DNA of 64,000 nucleotides from Edaphocola flava (GTDB lineage Bacteria; Bacteroidota; Bacteroidia; Chitinophagales; Chitinophagaceae): NCBI RefSeq assembly GCF_004118155.1, contig NZ_SAIQ01000002.1, positions 460,487 to 524,486 of the forward strand, read 5' to 3'. Shown piece by piece: positions 38,599 to 47,789 of this stretch (position 1 is its first letter; each line of letters starts with the position of its first letter). The notes under the pieces were generated by a model. It saw only the letters and a program-made list of their open reading frames with translations, ran no database searches and was not told where the DNA came from. The position numbers and the translations under genes were made by a program.

Positions 38599-39120
38599 AT
38601 GAAAAAACAAATCGCTAAAATAATCTGTATGACGCTGATAGCCGGCCTTACGGGCCTGTATGCCTGTAACAGTACGGCACAGAATACCCCGCTGCATAAT
38701 CCGTATTATTCCCGTACCGATACCACACACTTAAAGGTGAGCAATGCAGAGTGGAAAAAAGTATTGAGTCCGGAGTTATATGCCGTGTCCCGGGAGGGAG
38801 AGACTGAAATGGCCTTTACAGGGAAGTATTACGAGTTTGATGTGAAAGGCACGTATTACTGTGCCGCTTGCGGTAATCCACTGTTCCGCTCTACCTCAAA
38901 ATTTTCGACTACCTGCGGCTGGCCTTCTTTCTTTGAAACACTACGCCCCAACAGCGTACAGTATAAGGATGACTATTCTTATAACATGACCCGTACAGAA
39001 GTACTCTGTGGCCGTTGCGATGCACACCTGGGCCATGTATTTGATGATGGTCCTGCACCTACAGGCAAACGGTTTTGCATGAACTCGGTAAGCCTGGAAT
39101 TTGAACCGGATCAGAAATAA
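38599..39120 (+). CDS. msrB: Peptide-methionine (R)-S-oxide reductase MsrB, lipoprotein/secreted form
   Basis: Signal/lipobox (GLYACNS), the two MsrB CxxC pairs (CAACGNPLF ... CGRCDAHLGHVFDDGP), and the RFCMNS catalytic Cys. Confidence 0.9.
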   Translation: MKKQIAKIICMTLIAGLTGLYACNSTAQNTPLHNPYYSRTDTTHLKVSNAEWKKVLSPELYAVSREGETEMAFTGKYYEFDVKGTYYCAACGNPLFRSTSKFSTTCGWPSFFETLRPNSVQYKDDYSYNMTRTEVLCGRCDAHLGHVFDDGPAPTGKRFCMNSVSLEFEPDQK

Positions 39121-39210
39121 TTTTTTGCAAATAAAAACCGGGTCTTTCTGTTTCTCGTAGATAACATCAAACAATCAAATAATAACATTCATCTCATTAA
39201 ATGTAAAAAC

Positions 39211-39783
39211 ATGAAAACAAGCACAAAAATTATTGCATTAGGTATGCTGGCGATGAGCTGCACATTCGGTACAGCTGTACAGGCACAGAAAATGGCTAAA
39301 GAAAAAACCGTAATGGTAGGAGGCGCACCAATGTACCCTTCTAAAAATATTGTAGAGAATGCTGTTAATTCTAAAGACCATACAACACTGGTTGCAGCAG
39401 TAAAAGCTGCCGGACTGGTAGAAACTTTATCATCTGCAGGACCATTTACCGTACTGGCACCAACCAATGCAGCATTTGACAAACTGCCTAAAGGTACAGT
39501 AGAAACGCTGGTGAAACCAGAAAATAAAGCTCAGCTTACAACCATTTTAACTTACCATGTATTGCCTGGTCGTTTCAATGCAAAAATGATCTGGGATGCG
39601 GTAAAGAAAGGTGGTGGTAAAGCGAGCATGAAAACAGTACAGGGAGAGGAACTGACTTTCTGGACTAAAGGAAAAGACTTGTATGTTAGAGACCATAAAG
39701 GCAACGATGCGAAAGTAACTATTGCCGATGTAAATCAGTCTAATGGGGTAATCCATGTGATTGACCAAGTGTTGATGCCATAA
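39211..39783 (+). CDS. Fasciclin (FAS1) domain protein, secreted
   Basis: Signal peptide; FAS1 H1/H2 motifs (TVLAPTNAAF ... VIHVIDQVLMP). Confidence 0.85.
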   Translation: MKTSTKIIALGMLAMSCTFGTAVQAQKMAKEKTVMVGGAPMYPSKNIVENAVNSKDHTTLVAAVKAAGLVETLSSAGPFTVLAPTNAAFDKLPKGTVETLVKPENKAQLTTILTYHVLPGRFNAKMIWDAVKKGGGKASMKTVQGEELTFWTKGKDLYVRDHKGNDAKVTIADVNQSNGVIHVIDQVLMP

Positions 39784-39806
39784 GTTTGGTATTATTTTAG
39801 TGTAAA

Positions 39807-39834
39807 AACAGCCCGGTAATCTTACCGGGCTGTT
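39807..39834. terminator. Bidirectional hairpin terminator between the fasciclin gene and the 763-aa gene
   Basis: aacagcccggtaa-tc-ttaccgggctgtt, a 13-bp perfect stem between convergent stops. Confidence 0.7.
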
Positions 39835-39858
39835 GCTGTATATAGGAATAATATCCTT

Positions 39859-42150
39859 TTAGATCCTCACAATTCCATACTCTTTGTCGAATTTGGCCAG
39901 GTACTCACCTATAGAAGGAACTATTCTCTGGGTTCTGACACAGGTGTTTTTGTACGGTATACATTTAATGATCGAGTCTGCAATGCCATTGTCAAAAGTC
40001 ACCATCAATTTGATCGGAACATCCAGTTCTGCAGCTGATTTAGAGCCCAGGGTCAGGGTTTTGCCATTGGTTGTATATTCAAAATCTTCGTTTTTGACTT
40101 TAACTACACCACTGGCCTGCTGCCCAAGCGCATGCCCATCAACCACCCAGGTATATGTTGTTACCTGCAGGTTGCCATTTATTCTGGCGGTAAAGTTGGC
40201 TGTTTTTTTATCCCGTACGGTAATATAACGCCCTATCCAGTTACCTGCGGGTTTATTTACCTGCATAATCTGCGCTTTCAGGATATTGTCATCTACCATT
40301 ACCGGCAGGCGCTCCATTTTGTGTACCGTTGTACCCGCTGGTACAGCAGCGCGCATTACATGAGCAACGCTTTTCTGCGCTTGTGTTGCAATAGCAGTTA
40401 GCCTTTCCTGCATTTTATAGTTGATGTTACGGGCATCTATATAGCTGACTTCTTCCAGTTTGATGTGTTCATCAAAGAAACGGAACGGTTTGCAACTGAA
40501 GTTGCCGCTGAAGTCGATCGTATAGATATCAGATTTATAGGTTTTATACCGGATGATAAACTCATCCCTCGTTACATTGACGACTACGAAGAGGCCCAAT
40601 GCATTGTCGGATGTTCTAATAGCCGTAATGCGTCCTGTTTCGAAATACTGATCTGAAATAAACGGTATGGGCACATAATTGGCGAAGTAGGGTAATGGCA
40701 GATTACCGGTTATGCCATATGTGAGCATCAGCAGATCGAAGTGCCTCATGGAGGAGAACGGTTTGCCATTGGCCAAAGTTGCTATAGCACTACCGCACAA
40801 TACCTTCAGGTTCCGGCTCTGTTCCCAGCCCTCCAGGCGCAGGTCTGCACCTCCGAATTGCTCATTTTTAATGATGCCGTTATCCAGGTCGAAATATTGA
40901 CCGCTGCGTATCGTCAGTACACCCTCCGACTTAACCGGCCAATACTCTCTGGGCGACATATCGTAGGTGACTGTAAGGTCATCAATAAAGGCCTGATCCA
41001 GTATGGTGTCAATACCCACCAGCTGTATACTGATATCATCAATGCCATTGATCGAATCCGTTACCTGCCCGGTAATGTTTTCAATGGTAGACTCGATTAC
41101 AGATTGTGCGATCCAGAGCAGTAACGGTACGATGATCGCACCGACAATGGTTCCGGTTACACCGAATATTATACCGCCCAGCAGGGCACCAAGTACAGCA
41201 GCGCCAATCCAGCAATACCATGGGATGTCAAGATCTATATCCGGGTTGTCGGTTTCAAAGCTGACACGCAGCTCTCCGCCTACAATAGCTACCCGTATTC
41301 TTGCTGTGAACGAGCCACTGGCCTCATAACAGAAGCCACTTTTGGCGACGCGTCCGGAGAGTACGATATGATCATCTGCCGGCCTTACGGACAGATTGGT
41401 AAGCCTTACCCCATCGCGGATTTCGAAGTTGCCATTGAACGTACAACCGGAGAAAGAGCCCGCCGGAAGGCCAATGCCACTTTCTATGCGTGGACTGATG
41501 TTCCTGCAGATCCAGTCGAAATTAATGGCTACTGCCGCTCCTGCACCCTCGCGGGCGAAGGCCGAGGTGAAATCATTAATATTGCCTGCTGCACCGCCGC
41601 CGTAGGTCAGCATAATACCGATAGCATCATTATTCGTAGCCGTACTGTCATCGATTACTTTGACATCTGCTCTCGTAATAGAAGTGGTGCTGGTACTGGT
41701 TCTGTTGACCGGGATCGGGATCAGCGGAATGTTATTATTGTTCAGCTTATCCTGGATAAATGTTGCAGCAACAGTAGTAATCGCAGTCGGTATTCCTGAA
41801 ACACTAAGGGTGCAGCGGTATATTTTATTGATGAAGTCGAGAATGACTTTATCAAAATCGCTGTCTGTGCGGTCTACGTCCATGCCGACCACAACTTCCA
41901 GTGTGCCGGAGTTGCCACTGCTGAAGTTTAAATTAAATAAAAGGCGAACCGGATTAACTGCGCTGGCCGGAATGCCGGCAGGGCGGTTGAAGTCAACGGA
42001 TAATCCGAATCCGTCCAGGCTCCCGATGGTAGCGGGTAGCAGACTGCCTAATAAGCCATCATTATCGAAGGTTGCAGACAGTAAATTTTGTATGGTTAGC
42101 GTACTGATCTCGATAACCATATCGAAGCCGTGAGTTTGTGTGCCTGCCAT
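39859..42150 (-). CDS. Large uncharacterised protein (763 aa): an ~300-aa N-terminal domain, a central glycine-zipper two-helix TM hairpin, and an ~410-aa C-terminal domain; no signal peptide
   Basis: Residues ~311-349 (WYCWIGAAVLGALLGGIIFGVTGTIVGAIIVPLLLWIA) are the only hydrophobic stretch and carry repeated GxxxG/AxxxG motifs. No recognisable enzymatic motif. Last gene of a four-gene operon. Confidence 0.7.
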   Translation of the reverse strand: MAGTQTHGFDMVIEISTLTIQNLLSATFDNDGLLGSLLPATIGSLDGFGLSVDFNRPAGIPASAVNPVRLLFNLNFSSGNSGTLEVVVGMDVDRTDSDFDKVILDFINKIYRCTLSVSGIPTAITTVAATFIQDKLNNNNIPLIPIPVNRTSTSTTSITRADVKVIDDSTATNNDAIGIMLTYGGGAAGNINDFTSAFAREGAGAAVAINFDWICRNISPRIESGIGLPAGSFSGCTFNGNFEIRDGVRLTNLSVRPADDHIVLSGRVAKSGFCYEASGSFTARIRVAIVGGELRVSFETDNPDIDLDIPWYCWIGAAVLGALLGGIIFGVTGTIVGAIIVPLLLWIAQSVIESTIENITGQVTDSINGIDDISIQLVGIDTILDQAFIDDLTVTYDMSPREYWPVKSEGVLTIRSGQYFDLDNGIIKNEQFGGADLRLEGWEQSRNLKVLCGSAIATLANGKPFSSMRHFDLLMLTYGITGNLPLPYFANYVPIPFISDQYFETGRITAIRTSDNALGLFVVVNVTRDEFIIRYKTYKSDIYTIDFSGNFSCKPFRFFDEHIKLEEVSYIDARNINYKMQERLTAIATQAQKSVAHVMRAAVPAGTTVHKMERLPVMVDDNILKAQIMQVNKPAGNWIGRYITVRDKKTANFTARINGNLQVTTYTWVVDGHALGQQASGVVKVKNEDFEYTTNGKTLTLGSKSAAELDVPIKLMVTFDNGIADSIIKCIPYKNTCVRTQRIVPSIGEYLAKFDKEYGIVRI

Positions 42151-42152
42151 GA

Positions 42153-42533
42153 TTATTTATCTTTAATGGTTATTTTAATATTGGGATTCATGATCTGTCC
42201 ATTGGGCAGAACAAAGCCCTGAGCGGCAAATTGCTCTTCAAGGTTGAAGGCTGCCATTCTTTTTTTGAGCAGAGGGCTGATCTCAATTTTTGATTTGCCG
42301 AAAAACTGAACCGGATCTTTCATCAGCAGGTTCATCTGCTTAGGATCTCTCAGTTGTTTGAGGATTTGCTCCTCGTTGCTGAACAACTCTTCCATATGCA
42401 TTTTGATATGGGGTGCGAGTTTAGATAATGTTTCGGCATAAGGTGCTTTTACAGGGCGGTCCTTGCCTGTACCGGCAGTACCATCCAGGCCTTTGGCGGG
42501 CGTGATACTTCGGTTCGTGATTTTTTTAGCCAT
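42153..42533 (-). CDS. Small hydrophilic hypothetical protein (126 aa), operonic
   Basis: 8-nt overlap with the upstream gene and a 2-nt gap to the downstream gene. Lys-rich, no TM segment or motif recognised. Confidence 0.5.
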   Translation of the reverse strand: MAKKITNRSITPAKGLDGTAGTGKDRPVKAPYAETLSKLAPHIKMHMEELFSNEEQILKQLRDPKQMNLLMKDPVQFFGKSKIEISPLLKKRMAAFNLEEQFAAQGFVLPNGQIMNPNIKITIKDK

Positions 42534-43245
42534 TGCATACAGTGTTTTTGTTGATTATTTTTTGAATTCTTTCTGCGCCTACAGATTGCGATGCGAAAAC
42601 AACCTGAAACGCTTTAGTGATAAAATCGTCCGGGATCAGAAGGTTACGCTTGCGAAAGAGGACACGTCGTGGTTTTAGTTTCACCTCGTAGCGGGAGAGG
42701 AAATCGTCATTGCAGACGTAGACCAGTTCCGTACAGGAGAGGTTACCGATATTGGAAAAGTCGAATTTGAAATCGTAGCCTTTACCCAGGTTTTTCAATG
42801 CTTTCTGGTATACATTTTTGAAGTCAGCTGCAAAGTCAGCATCCGGTTCTGTATCGGCACTGCGCCGGAGTATAACCAGGTAATCGCATTTGCAAAAAGT
42901 GATGGCATCTTCCATAAATACCCCTTCAGCCATAGAGTGAATGACCACCTGCCGGCCTTCGTAGAATTTACTTTCCAGTACTTCAGGTAGCAGCAGATCT
43001 TTTTTATTGGTCTCTCCCAGGTATAAACCTGCGTGACTGAAAAATCCGGGAATGAAAAAGCCGTCTAAGTAATTGCTGTAACCGCGTATCATAATGTCGC
43101 CGGGCTGCAGGCTATCGATCACTTTCCTGATCTCATGGCCTTTTACTTTATAACTGCCCGGATCATAGAGCATGAAGAACGGAAACTTAAACACCTTTAT
43201 ATCACCGAAAAATTTCAGGAAACCGTTGCGTATGGAGGAAAACAT
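42526..43245 (-). CDS. Permuted papain-fold (NlpC/P60 superfamily; C92 YiiX/YaeF-like or LRAT-like) enzyme
   Basis: LQPGDIMIRGYSNY ... FFSHAGLYLG (His) precedes AITFCKCDYLV (Cys): the His-before-Cys permuted order typical of the C92 and LRAT/H-rev107 families. Confidence 0.6.
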   Translation of the reverse strand: MFSSIRNGFLKFFGDIKVFKFPFFMLYDPGSYKVKGHEIRKVIDSLQPGDIMIRGYSNYLDGFFIPGFFSHAGLYLGETNKKDLLLPEVLESKFYEGRQVVIHSMAEGVFMEDAITFCKCDYLVILRRSADTEPDADFAADFKNVYQKALKNLGKGYDFKFDFSNIGNLSCTELVYVCNDDFLSRYEVKLKPRRVLFRKRNLLIPDDFITKAFQVVFASQSVGAERIQKIINKNTVCNG

Positions 43246-43263
43246 GATCTTGGATTTTGGGGA

Positions 43264-44631
43264 TTAACTGATATCAATAAATTCATATAGCGGAAAGTCT
43301 TTGAATTTTCCTTCGGCGAGGTCTTGTCGGATAGAGGGTGTAAGCAGGTCCGGTCTGATCATTTTATTGCGCTCATGAAGGATGCGGTCAAAGGCATTCA
43401 CTTTAGGATAGTTAAACGTATTCGGGTCTATTTGTTTGCAATCTTTAAGGTCGGTCAGGAACTGCTCATATACTTCCTGGCAGAACGCCTGATCCTGTAT
43501 CACTATATTGCTTTCTGAATGATGAAAGGAGGATCCGTTGGCAATATTGAACGAACCTATGGATACAAAATCATCATCAATGATGAGGTTTTTGGAATGG
43601 AAGGCACCGGGTTTCTGCCATTCATAAATTTCAATGCCGTGTTCGAGCAGGTATTTATAATGCTTGGTACACTCCCAGTACATCCAGCCCATGAGTCCGT
43701 TGACCATCAGGGTCCGGGACGATTTCTTCGAATTAGTAATTAATTTGATCTCTACACCTCTGTCTACAGCGTCTTTAAAATATTCTGCGAAAATGCGTGG
43801 CGGTCTTATACCGTGGCAACCCCAGTAAATTCTTTTTTGTGCAGCCTTAATCTTTTCCAGCAGGTAATTGGTTAGTTTCAGTTCGTTTTCATCATAAGGT
43901 TTATGTGCCATGTATGCGATTGGGATGCTTCTTTGTTCCGGGTGCAGCAAGGGTATAGGGTCAAAACATTCTGGATACTGATGACGCCGTAATGAGATGT
44001 CCTTATATATGGTCTGGTACTGATGAGCGAATGCTGCATACTGTATCTTGGTATGTTTCAGGATCTGCCAGGTTTTCTGCATCTCAAAATCACTGAGGAA
44101 CTGGTCCTGTACATCCTGTACGACTTCTCCTGTAATATATACATCGGTATCTCTCCAGGCTTTGGGCTGAATGCCGCCATAGGCATACTTATCGCCCCAG
44201 TTGATGCCCCCGATCACAAGGTGCTTGTTGTCCACGATAAAGTACTTTTCATGGAAGTGTTGTTTTAGTTTCAGCTTTACATTCAACATTAGTTGTTTGA
44301 AGGGATGCCCTTTTTTGAAATTGATATTCCAGTTATCCTTAAGGGAATTATACCCGTAGGTCTCAATGCCGTACTGATGCAGATCCTTGATCAGCGGAAT
44401 GATAAAGGTGGTGCGGTTTACGATCTCATCATAAATGATGCGCACCTTAACACCTGCCTGTGCTTTCTGTTTCAGTAGTGCAAAGAGTTTTTTGGTCGTC
44501 TCGTCTTTCATAAAAGAGAAGGTTACCAGGTGTATGCTTGATCGGGCCTGTTCCAGCAATGCCCATCGAACGGCATATGATGCGCTGCCACTGGGCAGGA
44601 AACGGATATTATTGTGCGCTCGGAACATCAT
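43264..44631 (-). CDS. Phospholipase D superfamily protein with two HKD motifs (cardiolipin-synthase/ClsB-like, no N-terminal TM)
   Basis: HEKYFIVDNKHLVIGGINWGD and HSKNLIIDDDFVSIGSFNIANGS: two HxK(x)4D(x)6G(S/G)xN motifs. 455 aa. Confidence 0.8.
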   Translation of the reverse strand: MMFRAHNNIRFLPSGSASYAVRWALLEQARSSIHLVTFSFMKDETTKKLFALLKQKAQAGVKVRIIYDEIVNRTTFIIPLIKDLHQYGIETYGYNSLKDNWNINFKKGHPFKQLMLNVKLKLKQHFHEKYFIVDNKHLVIGGINWGDKYAYGGIQPKAWRDTDVYITGEVVQDVQDQFLSDFEMQKTWQILKHTKIQYAAFAHQYQTIYKDISLRRHQYPECFDPIPLLHPEQRSIPIAYMAHKPYDENELKLTNYLLEKIKAAQKRIYWGCHGIRPPRIFAEYFKDAVDRGVEIKLITNSKKSSRTLMVNGLMGWMYWECTKHYKYLLEHGIEIYEWQKPGAFHSKNLIIDDDFVSIGSFNIANGSSFHHSESNIVIQDQAFCQEVYEQFLTDLKDCKQIDPNTFNYPKVNAFDRILHERNKMIRPDLLTPSIRQDLAEGKFKDFPLYEFIDIS

Positions 44632-44680
44632 CTGAATCTCATTTAAGAAAGGGCTTAATGACTCTGTGTCTTTTCTGATA

Positions 44681-44688
44681 CAAAGCTA
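44681..44688 (-). promoter_or_regulatory. Candidate -7 element (TAgcTTTG on the minus strand) for the four-gene operon
   Basis: caaagcta about 50 nt upstream of the PLD gene ATG. A weaker match; no clear -33 TTG. Confidence 0.25.
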
Positions 44689-44796
44689 GTACTGTACCGG
44701 AGCTGCGCTACGGGTGATTATCCCCGAAAAGGTTGACGATTATTCCCCATGGAATTGAATTGAAAGAGGAGTATGTTTATGGAATGTATAGGCATG

Positions 44797-44886
44797 AAAA
44801 AGCCCGGCAGGGTTACCGGGCGTTACTATATACAGACATGGTGTTTAAAATAAAAGCAGGGCATGTGTGTCAAGCACATGCCCTGC
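44797..44886 (-). terminator. Two hairpin terminators downstream of the DUF1801 gene, insulating the four-gene operon
   Basis: gcagggcatgtg-tgtcaag-cacatgccctgc (44856-44886) and gcccgg-cagggtta-ccgggc (44802-44821), each followed by T-runs on the minus strand. Confidence 0.6.
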
Positions 44887-44906
44887 CTAAATATTTTTTG
44901 CTTCGT

Positions 44907-45323
44907 TTACTTCAAACGCTCCAGTTTCCCTTTGCGTTTGATCAGGTTTTTATAGTCCCATTGTATATCGCGGGCTTTTTCAAGCCATCGTTTAAGCTCT
45001 TCGGCATTTACCTGCGCAACATCGGTGTAGCGCATCTCTGCGGCTTTAAAGGTGCCTTCATTTTGCAATGCCGGCTCATCAAATGATTGTCCGCTCCAGA
45101 AGAGCAGGCGCATACAGTTCTTTAATTTGCTGTAACCCGCTACAGGATTGCCATCGAGAAACCATACCGGATGGGCATGCCATATCTTATTTTCAGCCTC
45201 GGGCAAATGCTTATCTATTTCCTGTGCGAGCAGGTTACCGATGGCGGCGTCCTCGCTGCTCAGTGCATTATTGTAGGCTTGTATATCCGGATTCATGATG
45301 TGCGGTATTGATGATAGATACAA
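44907..45323 (-). CDS. DUF1801 (YdhG/YdeI-like) domain protein
   Basis: IWHAHPVWFLDGNPVAGYSKLKNCMRLLFWSG pattern characteristic of DUF1801. 138 aa. Confidence 0.6.
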   Translation of the reverse strand: MYLSSIPHIMNPDIQAYNNALSSEDAAIGNLLAQEIDKHLPEAENKIWHAHPVWFLDGNPVAGYSKLKNCMRLLFWSGQSFDEPALQNEGTFKAAEMRYTDVAQVNAEELKRWLEKARDIQWDYKNLIKRKGKLERLK

Positions 45324-45344
45324 ATATACAATTAACCATCTTTA

Positions 45345-46418
45345 TCAGGGTCGGGACAAATGCTTAAGATAGCGGTAATGCGAGGCAATGGCTTTGGGAA
45401 TACTCAGTTCATGATAGGGCAGGCCATGCACTGCCGATAGTTTTTTGATACTGGGACTTAAGTAATTGTATACCGTATGTGGCAGATGAGGAAAAAGGTG
45501 ATGTGCCGTATGAGAGTTGAACCCACCGAAGATCCAGTTGGCCAGCGGATTGCAGGGATGATAGTCTAATGATACCGCCAGTTGGTGTTCGTAGTAATCA
45601 TAGGGTAGTAAACCCTGTTCATCTGCAACAGGAAATACCGTTTCCATACTCAGGTGAGAGATAATGAGGGTGAGTACAAAGAATAATGAAATGCATATAT
45701 GCATGACCAGGAATGCCGTCAATACTGTAGCAAACGGGATGCCGCCCATCCAGACAGGCAGGACGATCATATAGAAAAAGTATACTGCTTTTAATAAGAT
45801 CAACTCTGCAATAAAAGCTGCGGAATACCGCTGTTCGCCCAGGTTGGCCAGTTGTTTTTTGCGTAGATAGATAAAGTCTTTGACCAATATCCAGTGCAGG
45901 GTATACAGGCTATACAGCAGGGTGGCGTACCAGTGCTGATATCGCTTGGCTTTACGCAATGGCTGACTGGCAGAAAGACGGATAAATGGATTGTCATCTA
46001 TATCAGCATCACAGCCATCTACATTGGGGAAGATATGATGAGATGCGATATGCCGCTTACGCCACAGGCTTGCATTGACGCCCTGTGCATTAAAGACCAG
46101 GTAAAACAATAATTTGTTGGTACCCTTGCGGGAAGAAAAGGTATTGTGTACGCAGTCATGAGCACAGTTAAAGGCCAGCAGGATGCCGGAAAGCCCCAGC
46201 GCAGTATAGTTCAGGATCAGCAGCCAGGATCTTGAGCTGACTGCCGGATTGTATACATTCAGGTACAACCCGATGAAGAGCAGGGCGTAGAAGCAGCATT
46301 TGATCTTCATCCGTCGCCTGGCTCGCTGCAATACCGGCTCTGTGAGCAGGACCTCAGCTTCTGCTTTCAGTTCTGCATAGAATGTTGTCGATGTTTTTCT
46401 GAATCTGAGTTTCTTCAA
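45345..46418 (-). CDS. Membrane fatty-acid desaturase
   Basis: Three histidine boxes (HDCVHN; HIASHHIFPN; HTAHHLFPHLPH) and four TM helices. Confidence 0.85.
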   Translation of the reverse strand: MKKLRFRKTSTTFYAELKAEAEVLLTEPVLQRARRRMKIKCCFYALLFIGLYLNVYNPAVSSRSWLLILNYTALGLSGILLAFNCAHDCVHNTFSSRKGTNKLLFYLVFNAQGVNASLWRKRHIASHHIFPNVDGCDADIDDNPFIRLSASQPLRKAKRYQHWYATLLYSLYTLHWILVKDFIYLRKKQLANLGEQRYSAAFIAELILLKAVYFFYMIVLPVWMGGIPFATVLTAFLVMHICISLFFVLTLIISHLSMETVFPVADEQGLLPYDYYEHQLAVSLDYHPCNPLANWIFGGFNSHTAHHLFPHLPHTVYNYLSPSIKKLSAVHGLPYHELSIPKAIASHYRYLKHLSRP

Positions 46419-46447
46419 TGGACCATCGTTTTATGTAAAACGCTTAT

Positions 46448-46909
46448 TCAGGAAGGTATATTGCCCGGAAATTTATCTGCAATCAGATTCAGCTGGATGC
46501 CATGTTCCAGGTAAGCTTTCATGCCATCGAGGACAGTAGTGAAGCCACCGGTGCTGTCCATTACGGTGCGCAGCAATTCATTGTCGCTCAGTTCAAAACC
46601 ATAGTTCTTAATTACTACATAAGTCTGTTCTGCATTGATTGCGGTAAAGGTATAATCAACCTTTGTGGCAGGGTCACCCCATACCGTAGCAATGAGCTGA
46701 TCGGGTACAATATCCAGTACTTGTACTTCGGTAGTAACTTTATACATCTCCCATTCCCAGGTGATGGTCTTACCGGTTTCGAGTGGTCCGCTCGACTTTG
46801 TGAACCAGAATTTAGTAGTAATAGCAGGATCGATAAATGCTCGAAATACTTCGGCTACCGGCCTGCGGATCATCATTTGGGTTTCGACAATTGCATCCAT
46901 AAATATCAA
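46448..46909 (-). CDS. SRPBCC-superfamily protein (AHSA1/polyketide-cyclase-like)
   Basis: ~150 aa, IRRPVAEVFRAFIDP...WF..S N-terminal motif typical of the Aha1/SRPBCC family. Confidence 0.7.
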   Translation of the reverse strand: MIFMDAIVETQMMIRRPVAEVFRAFIDPAITTKFWFTKSSGPLETGKTITWEWEMYKVTTEVQVLDIVPDQLIATVWGDPATKVDYTFTAINAEQTYVVIKNYGFELSDNELLRTVMDSTGGFTTVLDGMKAYLEHGIQLNLIADKFPGNIPS

Positions 46910-46924
46910 TTTTAAAACAAATAA

Positions 46925-47383
46925 TTATTCAAGTATGAGCATGGAGATGAAGATCGGTATAGCAATAAGTATAGCGGTACACACGGTGCCCAATAATACC
47001 ATACCCAATACTCTCCAGAAAGAAAAAGTGGTTCCTCCATTCTCAATATGCTCTTCTATTCTGTTTTTTTGAAAACGATTGGTAAGGAACTGAAATGCAA
47101 TGCCGGAGAGGAGTGGAATAACCATTCTGGGTATATTTTCCATAGCAGGAATAAAGGCCATCAATAGCCCTAATGTAAAAGAGGCAATGGCAGAAAGGAG
47201 CAGGGTATTGCGGGCCTGTTTCTTCTGACCCAGTATTTTAAAGTTTTCAGAGAGTAATATAGCCCCGGCCATGATGCCGCCGAAAAAAGCACTGGCTCCT
47301 ATAGCCCCTGTCTTAAACAGTTTATACGGGGTGTATTCTGGAATAATGTTTTGCTCCTGGGGTGTTTCTGTTGTGTACTGCAT
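46925..47383 (-). CDS. Hypothetical membrane protein (3-4 TM)
   Basis: ORF with hydrophobic segments; no motif recognised. Confidence 0.45.
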   Translation of the reverse strand: MQYTTETPQEQNIIPEYTPYKLFKTGAIGASAFFGGIMAGAILLSENFKILGQKKQARNTLLLSAIASFTLGLLMAFIPAMENIPRMVIPLLSGIAFQFLTNRFQKNRIEEHIENGGTTFSFWRVLGMVLLGTVCTAILIAIPIFISMLILE

Positions 47384-47384
47384 A

Positions 47385-47789
47385 TTAAAGGTCTTTATTT
47401 TCGAATATTGTTTCTATTGTTTCTGTTTTTGCGGAGAACGTTGCATGCTCCTCATACACAAATTGTATGTCGAATGTTTGGTAAGCATGCTGGTTTTTAA
47501 GATTACTCTTCATGCTTTTGGCAATGGCTCTTGCCAGTTCCTGTTGTTTTACGGTTGCTTTGGGAATGGCCGGACTGTTGGTTATGATGACATCCAGCTG
47601 CGTTTTTTGCTTTCCGTTTTCTGTAATTGATTTCCCAGAGATGCTGATGTCTTCTGCTTCTTTAACTAATGCTGTTAATTCTGCTTCCATCTTTTTTGCG
47701 TCGATATACTCCGGTGTTACCGTACGGCTTGTTGTTACCTCACAACTAGCCAGCGAGGCTAGTAATAGCATTGATAAAATATATTTCAT
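47385..47789 (-). CDS. Hypothetical lipoprotein
   Basis: MKYILSMLLLASLASC lipobox. Start moved to this Met (the ORF is open to 47825). Confidence 0.5.
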   Translation of the reverse strand: MKYILSMLLLASLASCEVTTSRTVTPEYIDAKKMEAELTALVKEAEDISISGKSITENGKQKTQLDVIITNSPAIPKATVKQQELARAIAKSMKSNLKNQHAYQTFDIQFVYEEHATFSAKTETIETIFENKDL

